The notes beneath the pieces are model-generated. The model saw only the letters and a list, made by a program, of their open reading frames with translations. It made no database searches and had not been told where the DNA came from. Positions 42,419 through 57,841 of a DNA stretch of 64,000 nt are shown one piece after another (positions within the stretch are counted from its first letter, which is position 1; each line of letters starts with the position of its first letter). A program made the translations under genes and the position numbers. The DNA is from Paraspadella gotoi. Its lineage: Eukaryota; Animalia; Chaetognatha. The stretch spans positions 5,751,696 through 5,815,695 of the forward strand of contig CM119265.1 in NCBI GenBank assembly GCA_051294375.1, written 5' to 3'.

Positions 42419-45336
42419 AGAGAGAGAGTATGGGCCGATCACATAACCGCGTTTCCCCTTGTCGCTACAAATCGAGGCCGGAAAAAAGGACGCCGGTCCG
42501 CTTAAAAGAGTCGACGATAAAAACGGAAATAAAAATAAAACCTTCTCCCATTTATTTCTTCCCTTGTATCTTTTTCTTCTCTCTCTCTCTCTCTCTTTAT
42601 TCTCTCTCTCTCTCTCTTCCTTTTCCAATATCCGGAAAATATATATAAATACGAAAGCTTTATTCTAAATCCCATCGGCCCTCGTGAAACCTAGGGAAAT
42701 CAGGTGGACTTTGGAATTTCACTCCAATCTTTTTTCCAGGCCTATGGCATCATCAGGGTCGAAGCGGGGGAATAGACGTCTCTCTTCTTTCTCTTTTCGT
42801 CTTCTCTTCTCTCTCTTTTCTCTTCTCTCTCATCAAAAAGAAGGTAAATAAATGTTAAGAATCTAGGTTCTTTCCTTCTTGCTTTCCTTTTACTTTTTTT
42901 TTCCTTTTTCCTCGTCTCATCTCCTTTTCCTTTTCCTTCCGCGCTCAGTTTCTGCGCCGCAGCCTCCATTTCTCTCCCTTCTTCCATCTAAAAGGAAAAC
43001 AAGCAAAAAAGAGAGAAAGAAAAAAAAAGTAGATTAAAAATGCTGGGTTCAGGCCTCCATTCACATTCCGACACTTCTTTCAATTCCCCGCCACGGCCGC
43101 CACTGCGCAACGCCCACTGTTTACGACGTCGAGACGTGTGATTCTTTTAACTCTTAAATTGCCGGCCTTAACTATTCAGTCGATGTCACAAAGCTGTTTT
43201 AGTGCCTAATTCGTAACATACACAGTAAATACTATAATACTTTTAGGTTACAGAAACATCTTATTATAAAAGAATAGAATCTTAACCGATTGAAAAAGCA
43301 TCCGCAGCTTGTTTGTCAATGCGTCACTTGTCACTGCCTCTCTCGGCAATCGAATAATTTTCTATCAATCACCGGGGTGGGTAAAAACCTCTGTCAAAAA
43401 GTTCTTCAACTTTCCCACTCCCCGCGCACCTCCCTTCCCTAGCGTCAAATAAACGTTTCTCACTCCCGCTCCCATGGCCTCGTTCATTAATTTCCTTCCT
43501 CGTAACGAAATAATGAATTTTTTAACTCCGCTCGGGAATCTCCCGTCTCGCGATGACCTCTTTACTCACCACTCCCCACTCCCCTTAAATCTTTTCCAAA
43601 AGTCCGGCTTAGCGGAGTATGGCAATGGCTCCTCGTCTTCACTTTTTACTATCGCATATTTTAATGCGACTCGCTGGAGACCGTTGGGGTTAACTGGGGT
43701 AATAGCGCTATGCAATTATGATTATTACCCAGATACGCATTTATGCGGAATTTTTAGATACGGAACTCGATTTCGTTTAGTATATAAGCAAGCAACGACT
43801 CCAAGCTCTTCGCCTTTTGTCCGATAATTCTATCTAGAGCCGGCGTTTCCTCCAGCCCAACGCCAACATCCCTACCAACTCGAGCCGCCACCGCCGTCAC
43901 CTTCTTTCCCGTTCTAATCCAAATATCTCTCCAGCCCTCCATAAAATCCCCACTGCGCGTCCCTTGCAACCTTTGCGCCTTTGATCAATATTGGCAGTCC
44001 CCCTCGCGTCGCGCGGGACGACCGAAGCCTCCCGCTTTCTATCCTCCACCTGCCCTCTCTCTCCTCTCTCTCTCTTCTCTCTCTCTCTTCTCTCGTCTCT
44101 CTCTCACTCTCCTCTCTCTCTTCTCCATCTCTCTCTCAGTCATCGTTGACAGCCGGGCTTTCGATCATATCGGAGAAAAAAAAAGTGGAAACGGCGTTAT
44201 AAAAAACAAAGTAGAAAATATTTCTAGATATTTTTTTTTTCCTCTATTTTTAAATGAAAACAACTTTCTTTAGAATATGACGCAACGTAGTGAGTCAAGT
44301 TATACTTCTTTCTCATCAATGTTATTGTAACTACTAAAAATTCGTATATTATTCAAAGTATAAAATAGTATTTCGTTATTACTTTCTCTTCTGTCTCCAA
44401 TATATTTTTATAGCGTGACATAAGCATTGAGCTAATGAGGGACTCAAAATAATTTCTTAAATGTTCATCCGTTTAATTTTAAATATTTCTTAAGATTGTG
44501 TAGTACATATTAGTTGAAATAATTAAAATTAAGTTTTTTCTTCCTAAGGGTCCAATTTTTCTTGCCCATTATATGCCCATTATATTTAAAACCTATTTTC
44601 GCCGGTGTGTCCTCAATAGATGAACGGAGCGATGGATTGATCTCTTCCATTGAACCGCTAACTAACTAACTAAGTAACCGCTGTGTTTCGATGTTGGAGG
44701 TTCGGGGCATCTGCGTCTTGAGTCGAGGAATGTGGAGCGGTGAGGATGAGAGTGAGTGGGTCGTGAGTAACTAACTAACTAAGGTAACTAACTAACGTAA
44801 CGTAACTACTACTAACTAACTAAACTAACAACTAACTAACTCTCTTCCTGTTCCCAGTCAAGTTCAAACTTCTCGATCCCTGATTTTCCGACTGGGTTCA
44901 AACGCCAACGCAAAGAAGAATTCAAATAATCTCGTTTCATAACTTTTCATATAAACTGGAGTTTAGAGGTTCGAGCGCTGCAGCCGCTCAGCCGCTTCAG
45001 CGCTTTCAGGGTTTCGAGCCTATGAAAGTGAAAAGAAAAAATGAATTGAAACATCTGCTTCTTTTTTATTTTTTCTATGATGGGTTAAAAAACACGTACG
45101 GCTGAAGACTTTCTTTCCTATTGGCTATGTTCTTTATTGAAGTTACATGTAGGGGGCAAAATAACGTTTTTATCCAAGAATGGCGGATTTAGTAAAGAAA
45201 AGATAGTTGGTGAGGTGATGACGATAAATTGTGAGTAGGCAAGTGACCTTTTCTTTTGACGAAACAAAACCTTTCTACCTGTTTTAAATTTCATGGATTT
45301 TCCAGTTTTTAAGCGGCGAAGGGAAGGAATAGAGAG

Positions 45337-45404
<68 letters not shown>

Positions 45405-46173
45405 GAGAGAGCGCAAATTTTCTTCAAGGTTTTCCCGCCGCCTACACGTTCGCGCTCTCCCTCGCAGACGCGCGAAACCTGCAAAAACTGTTAATTTGTG
45501 ACAACATTTACATGAAAATCTACTTTTTTTTTAACAATCGACGGCCGCGCTGAGTTTCTCTTTTTTTTACACCACATCACACAACACAAAAAAAAGAGAG
45601 AGGAGAGACGGGCCGGTGAAAAAAATATCTGTAACCGTTTTTGAAGATAGAGGGCGCGCGAAGGAGAAAACTGATGACGCGAGCCGAAAAAGAAACAAAG
45701 ACGAAGAAGAGAAGAAAAGGAATAATTTAGTGGGCGACGGAGAAAAACACGAAGACGTTGACAGGCAGATCTTGCGTCCCGTTGAGCAGGGGAAGAAGGA
45801 GGCGAGAAACAATGTAGTGACGACGACGACGACGACAAAAACGACCGACGACGACTGACGACTAACAACGACATTAGGAGACATTAGGACGGGATTAGAA
45901 TTTGAAAATTATGCAACGGAGCCTGCAGAGTTGATATGGGTAAGTAAATGGCATCACAGGCTTTGAAACACCTGATAAGACATGTTTTCCTTTAGCCATG
46001 ATGCCATAGAACGCATGGTGGCATAATTATGGTGACAAATACGGTTAGAGTGTATAAAACGACTTTCAATCGTCACAAAATATTTGGTTCTCTGCTTTAC
46101 GAATGCCACGAATTATAGAGCGGTTAACAATTTAATGACCTCGAACCTCCCTTTTCCTCACCCCGAACCACAG

Positions 46174-46664
46174 ACGCGGCATCCTCCGCTGCACCGGCCA
46201 CGCCTCTCCCCGTGGCGCCCCGCCATGACGGTCCCTCGATTACGACGACATCTCTGGCGGCGCTCTCGTCGGAGTCCGCGCGTCGCGGTCACGTGACGCT
46301 CGACGACGAGACGACGTGCTCTGGCAGCATACGCAAGCAGCAGCAGCAACAACAGCAGCAACAATCGCGCATCACCATCACAGCAGCAGCCACTTTTACG
46401 GCGACGTGGCAACGTCGGCACGTGCTGCTGCCGAGGTCACGTGACCCGCGTCGACGCCGTCCGCCGCCTCGCCCTCGGCCAACACTCGCCCTCCGCGAGA
46501 ACTTGCCCGGGCCGCCGTGCAGCTGGCAGCAGCAGCAACAACAGCAAATGGGTTGCCGGGATTCGTCGGAAGCGTCACGCCCAAATTCCATCAAGTCCGG
46601 ATCCGGAGCTTCTTTTCGCAACGACGCGCCGCTGCTGATGCAGGACTGCAATCGGAATCGGTTG
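46174..46664 (+). CDS. Redundant, indel-rich copy 3 of the polyQ cytoplasmic exon
   Basis: Same acceptor, body and GTGAGT donor as 37538-38033; frameshifts look like single-base read errors. Confidence 0.55.
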
Positions 46665-48434
46665 GTGAGTAGTCAGCACTCGTGGTGCGTTGTTCAAATG
46701 TTCATTCGTTGCTTCGTTAATTCCTTCGTTATTCCTTCGTTCATTCATCATTCATTTTTTTTTTACTCATTCTTATGAAATCCAATACACACTCTCTCTC
46801 GCTCGCGATCGGGAAAAACTGTAAAAACGGACAACGAATATTATAAAATCGCCAGCGTTGATTTTTAAAATTTCCAACCGTCGGCACGTGTAAGCTGCTG
46901 GAATAAGAATCACGCGACGCCGATTCCTTTCTTCTTCTACATCGATCCTCCTTTCCTCCTTTCCTCCTTTCCTCCTTTCTTTCCTTTCCTCCTTTCTCCT
47001 TTCCTCCTTTCTTCCTTCCCTCTCTTCCCTCAGTCCCCTCTCTGTCTCTATCAGTCTTTCAAGATTGTTTCCATCTCGGTTCTCGAAAGATTCCACTTCG
47101 TCCTTTCGACGATTTTGCTTGCAAATGAGACCTCCGGATGTAAGGCCGTGCGTCGGCCGTGCAGCGGCCGTGAGGTCGGCCGTGCAGCGGCCGTGACGTC
47201 GGCCGTGGCGTCCGTCCTTGCGTCACCCGTTCGTCCCCCTTCATTTTTTTACGTCATCGGGGGGGGGGGCGCTTTAAAAAATCGATCTTAGTCGTCAAAG
47301 ACGCAATCACTGTTAAACGTGACGTTTAACGTTTTACTTTCTTTTTCTCATGATCATGAGGAAAAATTAATCGCAGCTCGGCGCCTTTGTTTCACAAAAC
47401 AATTGAGTTCTAAAAAGTTATAAATCTGTTTATTATTACATTATAAAATATTCTAATACTAAAACATTTGATCTAGCGAACTAGTGAACGAATACTTTCA
47501 ATTTTTTTTCCATTCATTTTTAAGTAAACAAAGTGGATCCGATTTAATGAATAACGTATTTTACAGCTGTCGAAATCCAAGTCACGGGGCCTGTGGGGTA
47601 GACGTTCACGAACTCGATCATTTGTCGCTGTGAAAAATTAATCACAACCGAAAGGAAGAACAACGAGTTTTTCGTTGTCCGTTTCGTCGTCTTCGTCGTC
47701 TCGTCGTCGTCATCTTTTCTCCTCCCAGTCGCCCCCTAGCGGGGAGTCCGGCTTAACGAGTGTATTAATAAACAAAAGGCCGAGGGGCGGAAGTTCGCTT
47801 TCGCTTTGGTAATGAAGACGCTCATTCATCAAGTCGAAAGGGGGGGGGAAGGAAAGACCTGTTCATCAGCTGGTCGGCGACGGAAAGGAAAATTGGTGGT
47901 AGATGGGAGACCGAGGAGATTGTAAAGACATTGTTAAAGAGATTGCTAAAGACATTGTAAAGAGATTGTAAAGAGATGTAAAGACATTATAAATGATTAC
48001 GAAGTCTTTTCCTCAATGCTCATGGCGAAATAACGTCTCATCATTTTTCCGTCTCTCTTTTTTCAATTAGTAACTACGCCAATCGCACCATTAACGGGAA
48101 TGGAAGCCGTCCTCGCAATCAACGCCACTAGGCGTCATGGACACCATGGCATCTTGTATCATTCGCGTTATTGTTTCGTTCATTGATGCCATTGATGCCA
48201 CTCGCGCACCGTTGATTCCATCTATACACTCGCGCCAAATGCCACAGCTAGTAGCACAGATGCCATTCGCGCCACTGGTTCCTTCGGATAGATTCTCTCA
48301 CACAGATTTCGCCGCCACCAGAGTCCAGGCGCAGAGTTTGAGTGCAGATGTTATAATGAATATTCCAGCCCCGTGATTCTCTCTGCCTTATGGTGAATGC
48401 GACTGTGTCAAGATAGAGCAAAGAGGGGGGGGGT

Positions 48435-48521
<87 letters not shown>

Positions 48522-48878
48522 CGTTAGAGTCTGAGGAAGAGAATTAAAATACATAGGGAAAGAGAGAGAGTGAGAGCCGCCGGAAAGAACTCGATTTATT
48601 TAATGTTTTAAAACTTTAATTAGGATAAAAACAAAAAATAGAAAGAAAAATAATGAAAAACTAAAAAAAAACGAAGAAGATTATACTATCGTCTTTTTCT
48701 TCTTGGGTTCCAACTCCTCATGAGCAAAATTGAAACCTAGTTGGCGATTGGAAAGCCACAAAAAATCTGGTGAGGGAAATGAGAAATATGGAAGGGGAGA
48801 GAATGAGCAGGAGGGATAGAGGAGAGAGAGAGAAGAGAGATAGAGGGAGAGAGGAGAGAAGAGAGAGAGAGAGAGAGG

Positions 48879-48912
<34 letters not shown>

Positions 48913-49199
48913 TGAGAGGAAGGGCAGAATAGCGAAAGGAAAAAATATAAGGGAAAGAGAGAGGAAAACAGAGAGAAAAATGAATAAAGAGAGAGAAAAA
49001 AAGAGACAAAGGGGAAAAACAGGAAAAGAGAGACGAGAATGAAATCGTGGTGAAAAAAAAAAAAAAGAGTTGAGCTCGCATCATCGATCGCCGGTTTCTG
49101 CCTCAGCGTCCACAGCGCGTTAACTGCTCCCGCGGTCTCAAAAGTCTCCGTGTGATGGCCATGTCGCGCTGTAAATATTATGGGCTCCAAAAAGACCCC

Positions 49200-49239
<40 letters not shown>

Positions 49240-49524
49240 GAGAGACGGAGAGAGAGAGGGAGAGAGAAGAGAGAGAGATCGCCCAGGGAAAGGAGGAGCT
49301 TCTGGAAAGACGAATCCGNNNNNNNNNNNNNNNNNNNNNNNNNAATCCGACTCAACCCGAGCGATTTGAAAACTGCTTTTGGCAACAACCTCATTGTTTA
49401 CATCTCAAACAAAGAGGCCAACAAAGAGGCCAGTTTATCTTCCTGTTTTTTTTCGAGGCGAATCCTTTCCTATTTCTCCGTGGTAGCTCACTTTCCGAAT
49501 TATACATGTGTATGTGCGTTTAGA

Positions 49525-49568
<44 letters not shown>

Positions 49569-50172
49569 CTTTTCCCCACATCTTTAATTTCTCCCGAATG
49601 TGATCCGCTTTATCGATCCTCAGTGATAAATAAAGATAACAAAGGCTTCGACTTTATTCCTGTCGTTTTCAACCCCCTCAACCTTTCTTATCTTTCAATA
49701 CTTCTCCCCCTCCCTCCCATATTCACCATCGACTTTTTTTTTTTGCCGAGATTGTTTTCTTCTCGTTTGTACTTCAGTTTTTATTACCAACATTGTAGTT
49801 TCTTAGCAGTCGTTATTCTTACCAAAAATATTGCCTTCTTAAACAAAGCAAAGACTTTCCTTTTATGTTTATAAGTGTTTTTGTCTTCTTTTTGATGAAC
49901 ATTTGCGTTATTTTTGTTGCGGTATGTGTTTGTGGTGAGCGATATGCGGTAGTGCGCATTTTTGCACAATTTTTTTTCTCTGCTTAAAGACCTCGTTGCA
50001 ACCGCAGTTGACGATTGATAATTAAAAACAGCGACGACATAAACTACGTTGAAACGATAAACTCAATTTGAAACATCATTAAAAAATGTTGACAGCATTA
50101 AACAATACACAGCATCGTGTCGTCGTAGGCATCGTTCTTTTTCTGACCTTTGGCCACCCACGGGCTCCCCAG

Positions 50173-50654
50173 CTTCTTCACCCCGTAAGGCCCCGGCGCC
50201 TCGCCTCCGCGACGCCCTGCCGAACTTTCTCCCCACCGCCGCCCCGCCGCCGCGACGCCCTGCCGAACTTCCGCCCCACCGCCGCCCACAACGTCAAACA
50301 GACGTCAACATAATTCATCTTTCCCACCAACTGTTTGCGTTCGCGCGCAAAGTCTGGAATTCCTGACTTTTGGCGGAACCCGGACTCGATGTTGTTGTCG
50401 TCGTCGTCGTAGTCATTGGCAGCGAACGAATCGGCGACGACAGCGGCGGCAGCGGCGGTGACAGCGGCGGCGGCGGCGGCGGCGACGACAGCGGCGGCAG
50501 CAGCGGTGACGGCGGTACCGCCCTACGCGAGAAAACTCACCGAAAACCATCAATTGTTGGAGTCCCTAACTTTTTGCACAATGGGTTCGGTTACGAACGA
50601 GTTGGCAAAGGATGTGGATTGAGGAGACGACGTCGCAATTCTTTGCCCGATATT

Positions 50655-50712
<58 letters not shown>

Positions 50713-50746
50713 CTCGGCAGCTAAACTTGGTTTGTTTAACGCGTAA
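50173..50746 (+). CDS. Candidate downstream exon, Pro/Gly/Ser-rich (other copies ~52919-53489 + and ~25285-25859 -)
   Basis: Pyrimidine-rich CCCCAG acceptor; phase-0 reading LLHPVRPRRLASATPCRTFSPPPP would fit the phase-0 donor at 38033. Continuing to DDSGGSGGDSGGGGGG...RRRRRNSLPD requires correcting indels. The 3' end is approximate. Confidence 0.4.
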
Positions 50747-51479
50747 GCAGTCAGCAAATTTGTAGTGAAGTTTTAAATGGAACCAACGATATTACGATAT
50801 TACTCCAAATATGATGTTTTTAAAATTATTAACTTGTTGCGTCCACAATCATGAGTTTATTTAGTAAATGGTCCATCATCGGTCGACTAGTTTGTCCTCG
50901 AATCGCAACCCTCTCTGCCATCCAGCACGGATACAAACAGTGTGGGTAATTTCGAACCAGTGGATTCATTTCTGCACCCAAGTCTTCTCCTTTTCTTCTT
51001 TCAATTGCAGGGACTTTCTCGCTTCTTCTAAAAAGGAAAGAAGGGAACGTCATTAGGATTGGGGAGTGACAAAAAGAGGAGGAAGAAGAGGAGAAAGGAA
51101 GTAGGAAGGAAGAGGGAGTCTTTATTTGCCCTCAAGGAGATTCGAGATTTGAGAGCAACGGAGGTACGGAGATAAGAAGGAATAAACCGAGGATGCGGAA
51201 AAGGAAATAAATATTGCGAGGGGGATGAAGAGGAGGAGGAGGAGGAGTTACGCAAGGTCTCTGAAATGGGTCCGGCTCTGAAATTGAGGAGAGCTGAGAA
51301 TATAGTTAAAGGAGAATGGAATGGCGGGGAGAATCAAAGCTGATGGATTGTCGTTTGCGAGGCGAGAAGGATACTGATTATGAGGTGGGATGAGAATAGA
51401 AGGAAAAGAAAAAGAGAGGCAAAGAGAAAAGAATTTAGAATAGAAGAGAAGAGAGAGAGAATGAGTTAAGAAAGGGACC

Positions 51480-51572
<93 letters not shown>

Positions 51573-51681
51573 AGGAAAAGGCAGTCAACTGAAAGGGAGT
51601 CATAATGTGGCAAAAATCTGGAGGAATTGGAAATGAAATGAAATCGCAAAAGATTATTCGTTGACGTCGCGGCGGCACCCT

Positions 51682-51768
<87 letters not shown>

Positions 51769-53408
51769 NNNNNNNNNNNNNNNNNNNNNNNNNAAAGGAA
51801 GGAAAGAAGTAAGTCTAAATAATAAAAGAAAAATATAAAGAAAAAATACAATCTAAGAAAGAAAAAGGGAAAGGAAAGCAGAAAGAAAGGAAAGAAAGAA
51901 AAGAAAGGAAAGGAAGAACAAGTTCTGAGACAAACACAATGTCGGATCTGCCGCGAGCACTCAATAGCGGTAATTAATAATTAATTAATACATAAGTATG
52001 AATACTTAGGAGAAGAGGAAAGGAGAGATCACGTATGTCAGTTTCTCTTCAGAAAAGAAAGAGAAGGAGAAAAAGAGTTATGCAGGCAACATTGCAGGAT
52101 ACAGAAAAAAAGCAAAAAAAAAGAGAAAGAAAGAGAGAGAAGAAAGATATGGTCCAACATTACGATACAGAAAAAAAAAGCAAAAAAAAAAGAGAAAGAA
52201 ATAGAAGCGAAAGAAGAGAGAAAACAAAAGAGGAGAGAAAGAGATATGAAGAGAGAGAGAGAGAAAAAAAAAAGAGAAAAAGAGAGAAAGAAAGAAAAGA
52301 AGGAAAAGAGAGAAAGAAAAAAAGAGAAGAAAGAAAAAGAATGAGAGACAGAAAGAAAGAAAGAGAGAAAGAATAAGAATGAAAAAGAAAATAGATAGAG
52401 CTTAGATTTAAAGAAAAAATCGCTGATTCTAAGACGTGAGTGCTAACGCTCCATTTCTTTCGCGAAAAGCTAAAACTTTTCCATTTTTTTAAACCAATAG
52501 TTTAACGGTAGATTTCGTAATCGATAGTTGAAATAGATTTTTCAAGCTAATTAGTTCAAAAACTCTGAAGAACTTTGTCGTAGCGAATATTTGAAGTATT
52601 AGAATAAGCCCACATTGCTTGTGCTTTATGATAGGGAGATAACTATTCCAAACCCGATTTTTAAAGTTAAGAAGACCTGAAGAATTAAACGAAACACAAA
52701 AAGTAATAATTTTTACACGTTAGAAATCAACTGGTTTAAGAAAGGCGTTTCGTAGGACACTGCCATTGATAATTAAAACAGCGACGCGAATAAACTACGT
52801 TGAAACGATAACTCAATCTTGAAACATCATTAAAAAATGTTGACAGCATTAAACAATACACAGCATCGTGTCTCGTAAGGCATCGTTCTTTTTCTACCTT
52901 GGCCCCCACGCTCCCCAGCTTCTTCACCCCGTAAGGCCCCGGCGCCTCGCCTCCGCGACGCCCTGCGAACTTTCTCCCCACCGGCCGCCCCGCCGGCCGC
53001 GACGCCCTGCGAAACTTTTCCGCCCACCGCCGCCACAACGTCAAACAGACGTCAACATAATTCATCTTTCCCCAACTGTTTGCGTTCGCGCGCAAAGTCG
53101 GAATTCCTGACTTTGGCGGAACCCGGACTCGATGTTGTTTTGTCGGTCGTCGTCGTAGTCATTGGCAGCGAAACGAATCGGCGACGACGCGGCGGGCAGC
53201 GCGGTGACAGCGGCGGCGGCGGCGGCGGCGACACAGCGCGGCAGCAGCGGTGACGGCGTACCGCCCTACGCGAGAAAACTCACCGAAAACCATCAATTGT
53301 GGAGTCCCTAACTTTTTGCACAATGGGTTCGGTTACGAACGAGTTGGCAAGGATGGTTGGATTGAGGAGACGACGTCGCAATTCTTTGCCCGATAATTGT
53401 TGTCGTTG

Positions 53409-53447
<39 letters not shown>

Positions 53448-54228
53448 GTTCGTTGGCTCGGAGCTAGAACTTGGTTTGTTTACGCGGTAAGCAGTCAGCA
53501 AATTTGTAGTGAAGTTTTAAATGGAACCAACGATATTACGATATACTCCAAATATGAGTTTTTTAAAATATTACTTGTTGCGTCCACAATCATGAGTTTA
53601 TTTAGTAAATGGTCCATCATCGGGTCGACTAGTTTGTCCTCGGAATCGCAACCCTCTCTGCCATCCAGCAACGGATACAAAACAGTGTGGGTAAATTTCG
53701 ACACAGTGATTCATTTCTGCACCCAAGTCTTCTCCTTTTTCTCTTTCAATTGAGGGGATTTCTCCGCTTCTTCTAAAAAGGAAAGAAGGGAACGTCATTA
53801 GGATTGGGGAGTGACAAAAAGAGGAGGAAGAAGAGGAGAAAGGAAGTAGAAGGAAGAGGGAGTCCTTTATTTGCCCTCAAGGAGATTCGAGATTTGAGAG
53901 CAACGAGGTACGGAGAATAAGAAGGAATAAACCGAGGATGCGGAAAAGGAAATAAATATTGCGAGGGGGAGTGAAAGAGGAGGAGGAGGAGGAGTTACGC
54001 AAGGTCTCTGAAATGGGTCCGGCTCTGAAATTGAGGAGAGCTGAGAATATAGTTAAAGGAGAATGGAATGGCGGGGAGAATCAAAGCTGATGGATTGTCG
54101 TTTGCGAGGCGAGAAGGATACTGATTATGAGGTGGGATGAGAATAGAAGGAAAAGAAAAAGAGAGGCAAAGAGAAAAGAATTTAGAATAGAAGAGAAGAG
54201 AGAGAGAATGAGTTAAGAAAGGGACCGT

Positions 54229-54313
<85 letters not shown>

Positions 54314-54436
54314 AGCAGGAAAGGCATTCAACTGAAAGGGAGTCATAATGTGGCAAAAATCTGGAGGAATTGGAAATGAAATGAAATCGCAAAAAGATTA
54401 TTCGTTGACGTCCGGCGGCACCCTGATGGAGAGAGA

Positions 54437-54539
<103 letters not shown>

Positions 54540-54883
54540 CTAAGGAAAGAATTTACTGATGATAAAATGGAGTGAACTACAAGTTAATACAATAAAAAGG
54601 GGAGTAGAAAAATTGGAACAATGGGAAAGAAAATTTAAAAGTAAATGAGCAAAAAAATTAAATTTAGCCTAAAAAATGATCTGTCCCACGAATCAAACAT
54701 ACATGTCAGAATTCAAAGGTAAAAAAATTGACAAAAAAGACCAAAAAAATTTAAACAGAATGAACAATATGATTGAGCAACAGATAATGATATAAAATTC
54801 GTCAAATAATTAGGGATAAATCTTTTCTGTCTCTCTCACTCTCACTTTCTTTCTCGTAACTCTCTCTCTCTCTCTCTCTCTCA

Positions 54884-54949
<66 letters not shown>

Positions 54950-55861
54950 AACTCGCTTCCTGGTCGGTTTGTACTGTCACCGGCAGACAAACGATATCCC
55001 ATTCCATAGGAATATCAGCAGGACCATAATACCTCACAATAACTACAACAACGACCACTCTACCCCCCCTCTTCGGTTTTCCCGCCCACCGAACTCCATC
55101 GACGTCGAACCCCGCGGGATTTATGAATTCTCGGAAATGCGGGCGACGGGTGGCGACGGGTGAGGACGGGTGAGGTATTGCGTCGCATTAAAAGGGCGAA
55201 TGGATTTTTACAATTCGACAAATTCGCGGAATCGATTCGATTACGAAGAAAACAAATTTTCGATGTAATAATCGATTCTAATAATAAAAAAAAATAAAAA
55301 ATTCTTAAAAAGTTTGGGTCGAAATTGATATTCCTTTTCTTTCTTTTTTTTTTTTTTTTTTTGTTTAATTCGTTTTCATTGATTGTTTGGTGTTTTTTTT
55401 TTTCTAGTTTATAGTTTCTTTTAGCTCATATTCTGTATTCATTTTATCTTTTCTTTCTGTTTTCTTATTCTTCTTTTTTTGTTTCTTTCTTCGCCTTTTT
55501 TTAACATTTGCTTCCTTTTGGACGTCCTTTCCTTTTTTCTTTTCTTTCCTCCCTTTTCCTTCTTTTTCCTTTTCTTTCGGTTTCGATTCCAGATCCATTT
55601 TTTTCGGGTTATAAAACATTTCATGCGGAAGGAATCTTGTTTTCGTCCGAAACCGCAGCTGCGATTCACGCCGAGGGGGAACTAAACCCTCCAAGTAACT
55701 CCCCCACTTAAAAGAGTCTTGTCTGGGGTGTTAATTCTCCGAGAGGGGTATTACAAATATTTGCTACATTTGGATATACATTTTACTTGAGTCATTAAGC
55801 TTTCATACATAGTAAAATTATTCTTTTGCGTTCGTAGCAATATAAATTACCTATTACTGTA

Positions 55862-55954
<93 letters not shown>

Positions 55955-56861
55955 GCGCCTGAGGTCGTACGTGATTTTGCGCGCCTGCGTGTAAGTGCGA
56001 GTTCGCTGTTGCTCTTTTATTCAGCGTGTGACGGATTTGGGCTTCCCGCCGCAATTTAGACAAATGGTTTCGTCTGCTTTATTTTTGGAAAAGATTTTCG
56101 CGACGCAATAAAAGAACATCGCCGTTATAAACGACGGCGGAAGTTGGCGACGCTCGCGGTTTATATGTAAACTAAATCTGATATAATTAAAAATAAAGTA
56201 ATAACGCTGTTTAAACGACTACAAATCTGTTACACAGATTATACACTATTCAGCATGTGCACAGCTCTCTAAGATTAACTTTTAGCAGATCCGAACTCAA
56301 AGGAAACCACAGTGAGCAAAGGCTAAAAGAAAAAACAAAATGGCGGCGGCGACCGTGAAACTATAAAAATGACAAAGTTTGAAGAGCGATGACAACCAAT
56401 AAAGAGAGAGGCAGCGAGAAAGAGAGAGAGAGAGAGAGAGAAAATAAAACCGACAGAGTAGCCGACAGAAACGACGGAACTCGACGTCCGACGCCGACAA
56501 CTTTTGCGCCGACAACTCCTCGCGAAACGCATATAAAAAGCAGAATGATGGATTGAGACTTAAACGTCGATTCCGCTTACGCACCCGCCCTTTTCCTTAC
56601 CTCCCCTTTCCTTCCTGTACTTACCTCCCTACCCTTTCTATCTCCCGCCCCACTCCTTTCGTTTATTTTCTTTTTCATCCAGCTGACGAGAAACAAGGTG
56701 TACAGGGTGATGGTAAGTTATAAGTCAAAGGTGAATAAAAAAAACTATCTCATCTCACAGACTCACTCTGTCGCTTTTCTTCACTTTTTTTTCACTCAAA
56801 ACTAATTTTAAAAATTGCGGCTAAGAGCGACGACGAAATAAACTTCTCATTAACTTTTTTT

Positions 56862-56904
<43 letters not shown>

Positions 56905-57691
56905 CTTGCTCCACTAACACTGCACTAAGTTCTTCATCACGTTTCCGCTCGCTGCATCAACGTCACCGCTTCATTCTCTTCTGTCGCCGCCTCGCTGCTT
57001 TTCTCGTTTATTGTTATACGTTCACAGAAGTAATTTACTTTTTTTTTACTGTTTCTTCTTCGAGCAAAGGTCTACTTTGTTTAACTATTATTAAATCGTT
57101 TCTCTATTTAATTGATCATTTTTCTCCCATCTCAACCGCCCTCGTCTTCGTTTCTCCCTATCTTCTCCACTCTTCTTTTTCTCATATTTATTTTCTTTTT
57201 CTCTTTTTCTCTCTTTCCTTTTGATTTCTCTTTCTCTTTCAATATCTGAATCCCCACTCTTCCTCTTCTCCTTATAACCTTCCTCCCTCTTCGATTCCCC
57301 ATTTCTCTCATTCTCTTTTTTCCTTTTCTTTCCTCTCCGCTTCTTTTTCCTCCCTTTCCTCCTTCACTTTCCTCTGTTCCTCGCCCCTATTTTTTTACTC
57401 GAACTGGCATATCTTCAACCCCCTTTTTTTTCGCTCTCGCTCGGTTCGAAACAGAATTCTATTATTCACTTCCTTCGCTTTTATTTTTAATGTTGGCAGC
57501 TCCGAATAAAAACCTTTCTCTGCACTCTTGCTTTTTTTTTTAAATTTTCTATCTTCGAGTTTTATATTTTTTTTTTTAACCCAAAAAGCTTCATTTTTTC
57601 CCGCTGACTTTTCGGCCTATTTTTCTTCCTTCCTACACATCTCAATCTTTGCCTCTTCCTCAAAAACAGTTTACAATCAGTTGTTGTTGTC

Positions 57692-57744
<53 letters not shown>

Positions 57745-57786
57745 AGAGAAGAGAGAGAGAGAAGAAGACAAGAAGAGAGAGAGAAA

Positions 57787-57789
<3 letters not shown>

Positions 57790-57841
<52 letters not shown>

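Noticed and set aside
29402-46664. Three-member gene family or frameshifted pseudogenes of the polyQ exon
   Set aside because: Copies differ mainly by scattered 1-bp indels inside whole-block duplications tied to gaps; redundant assembly of one locus fits better.
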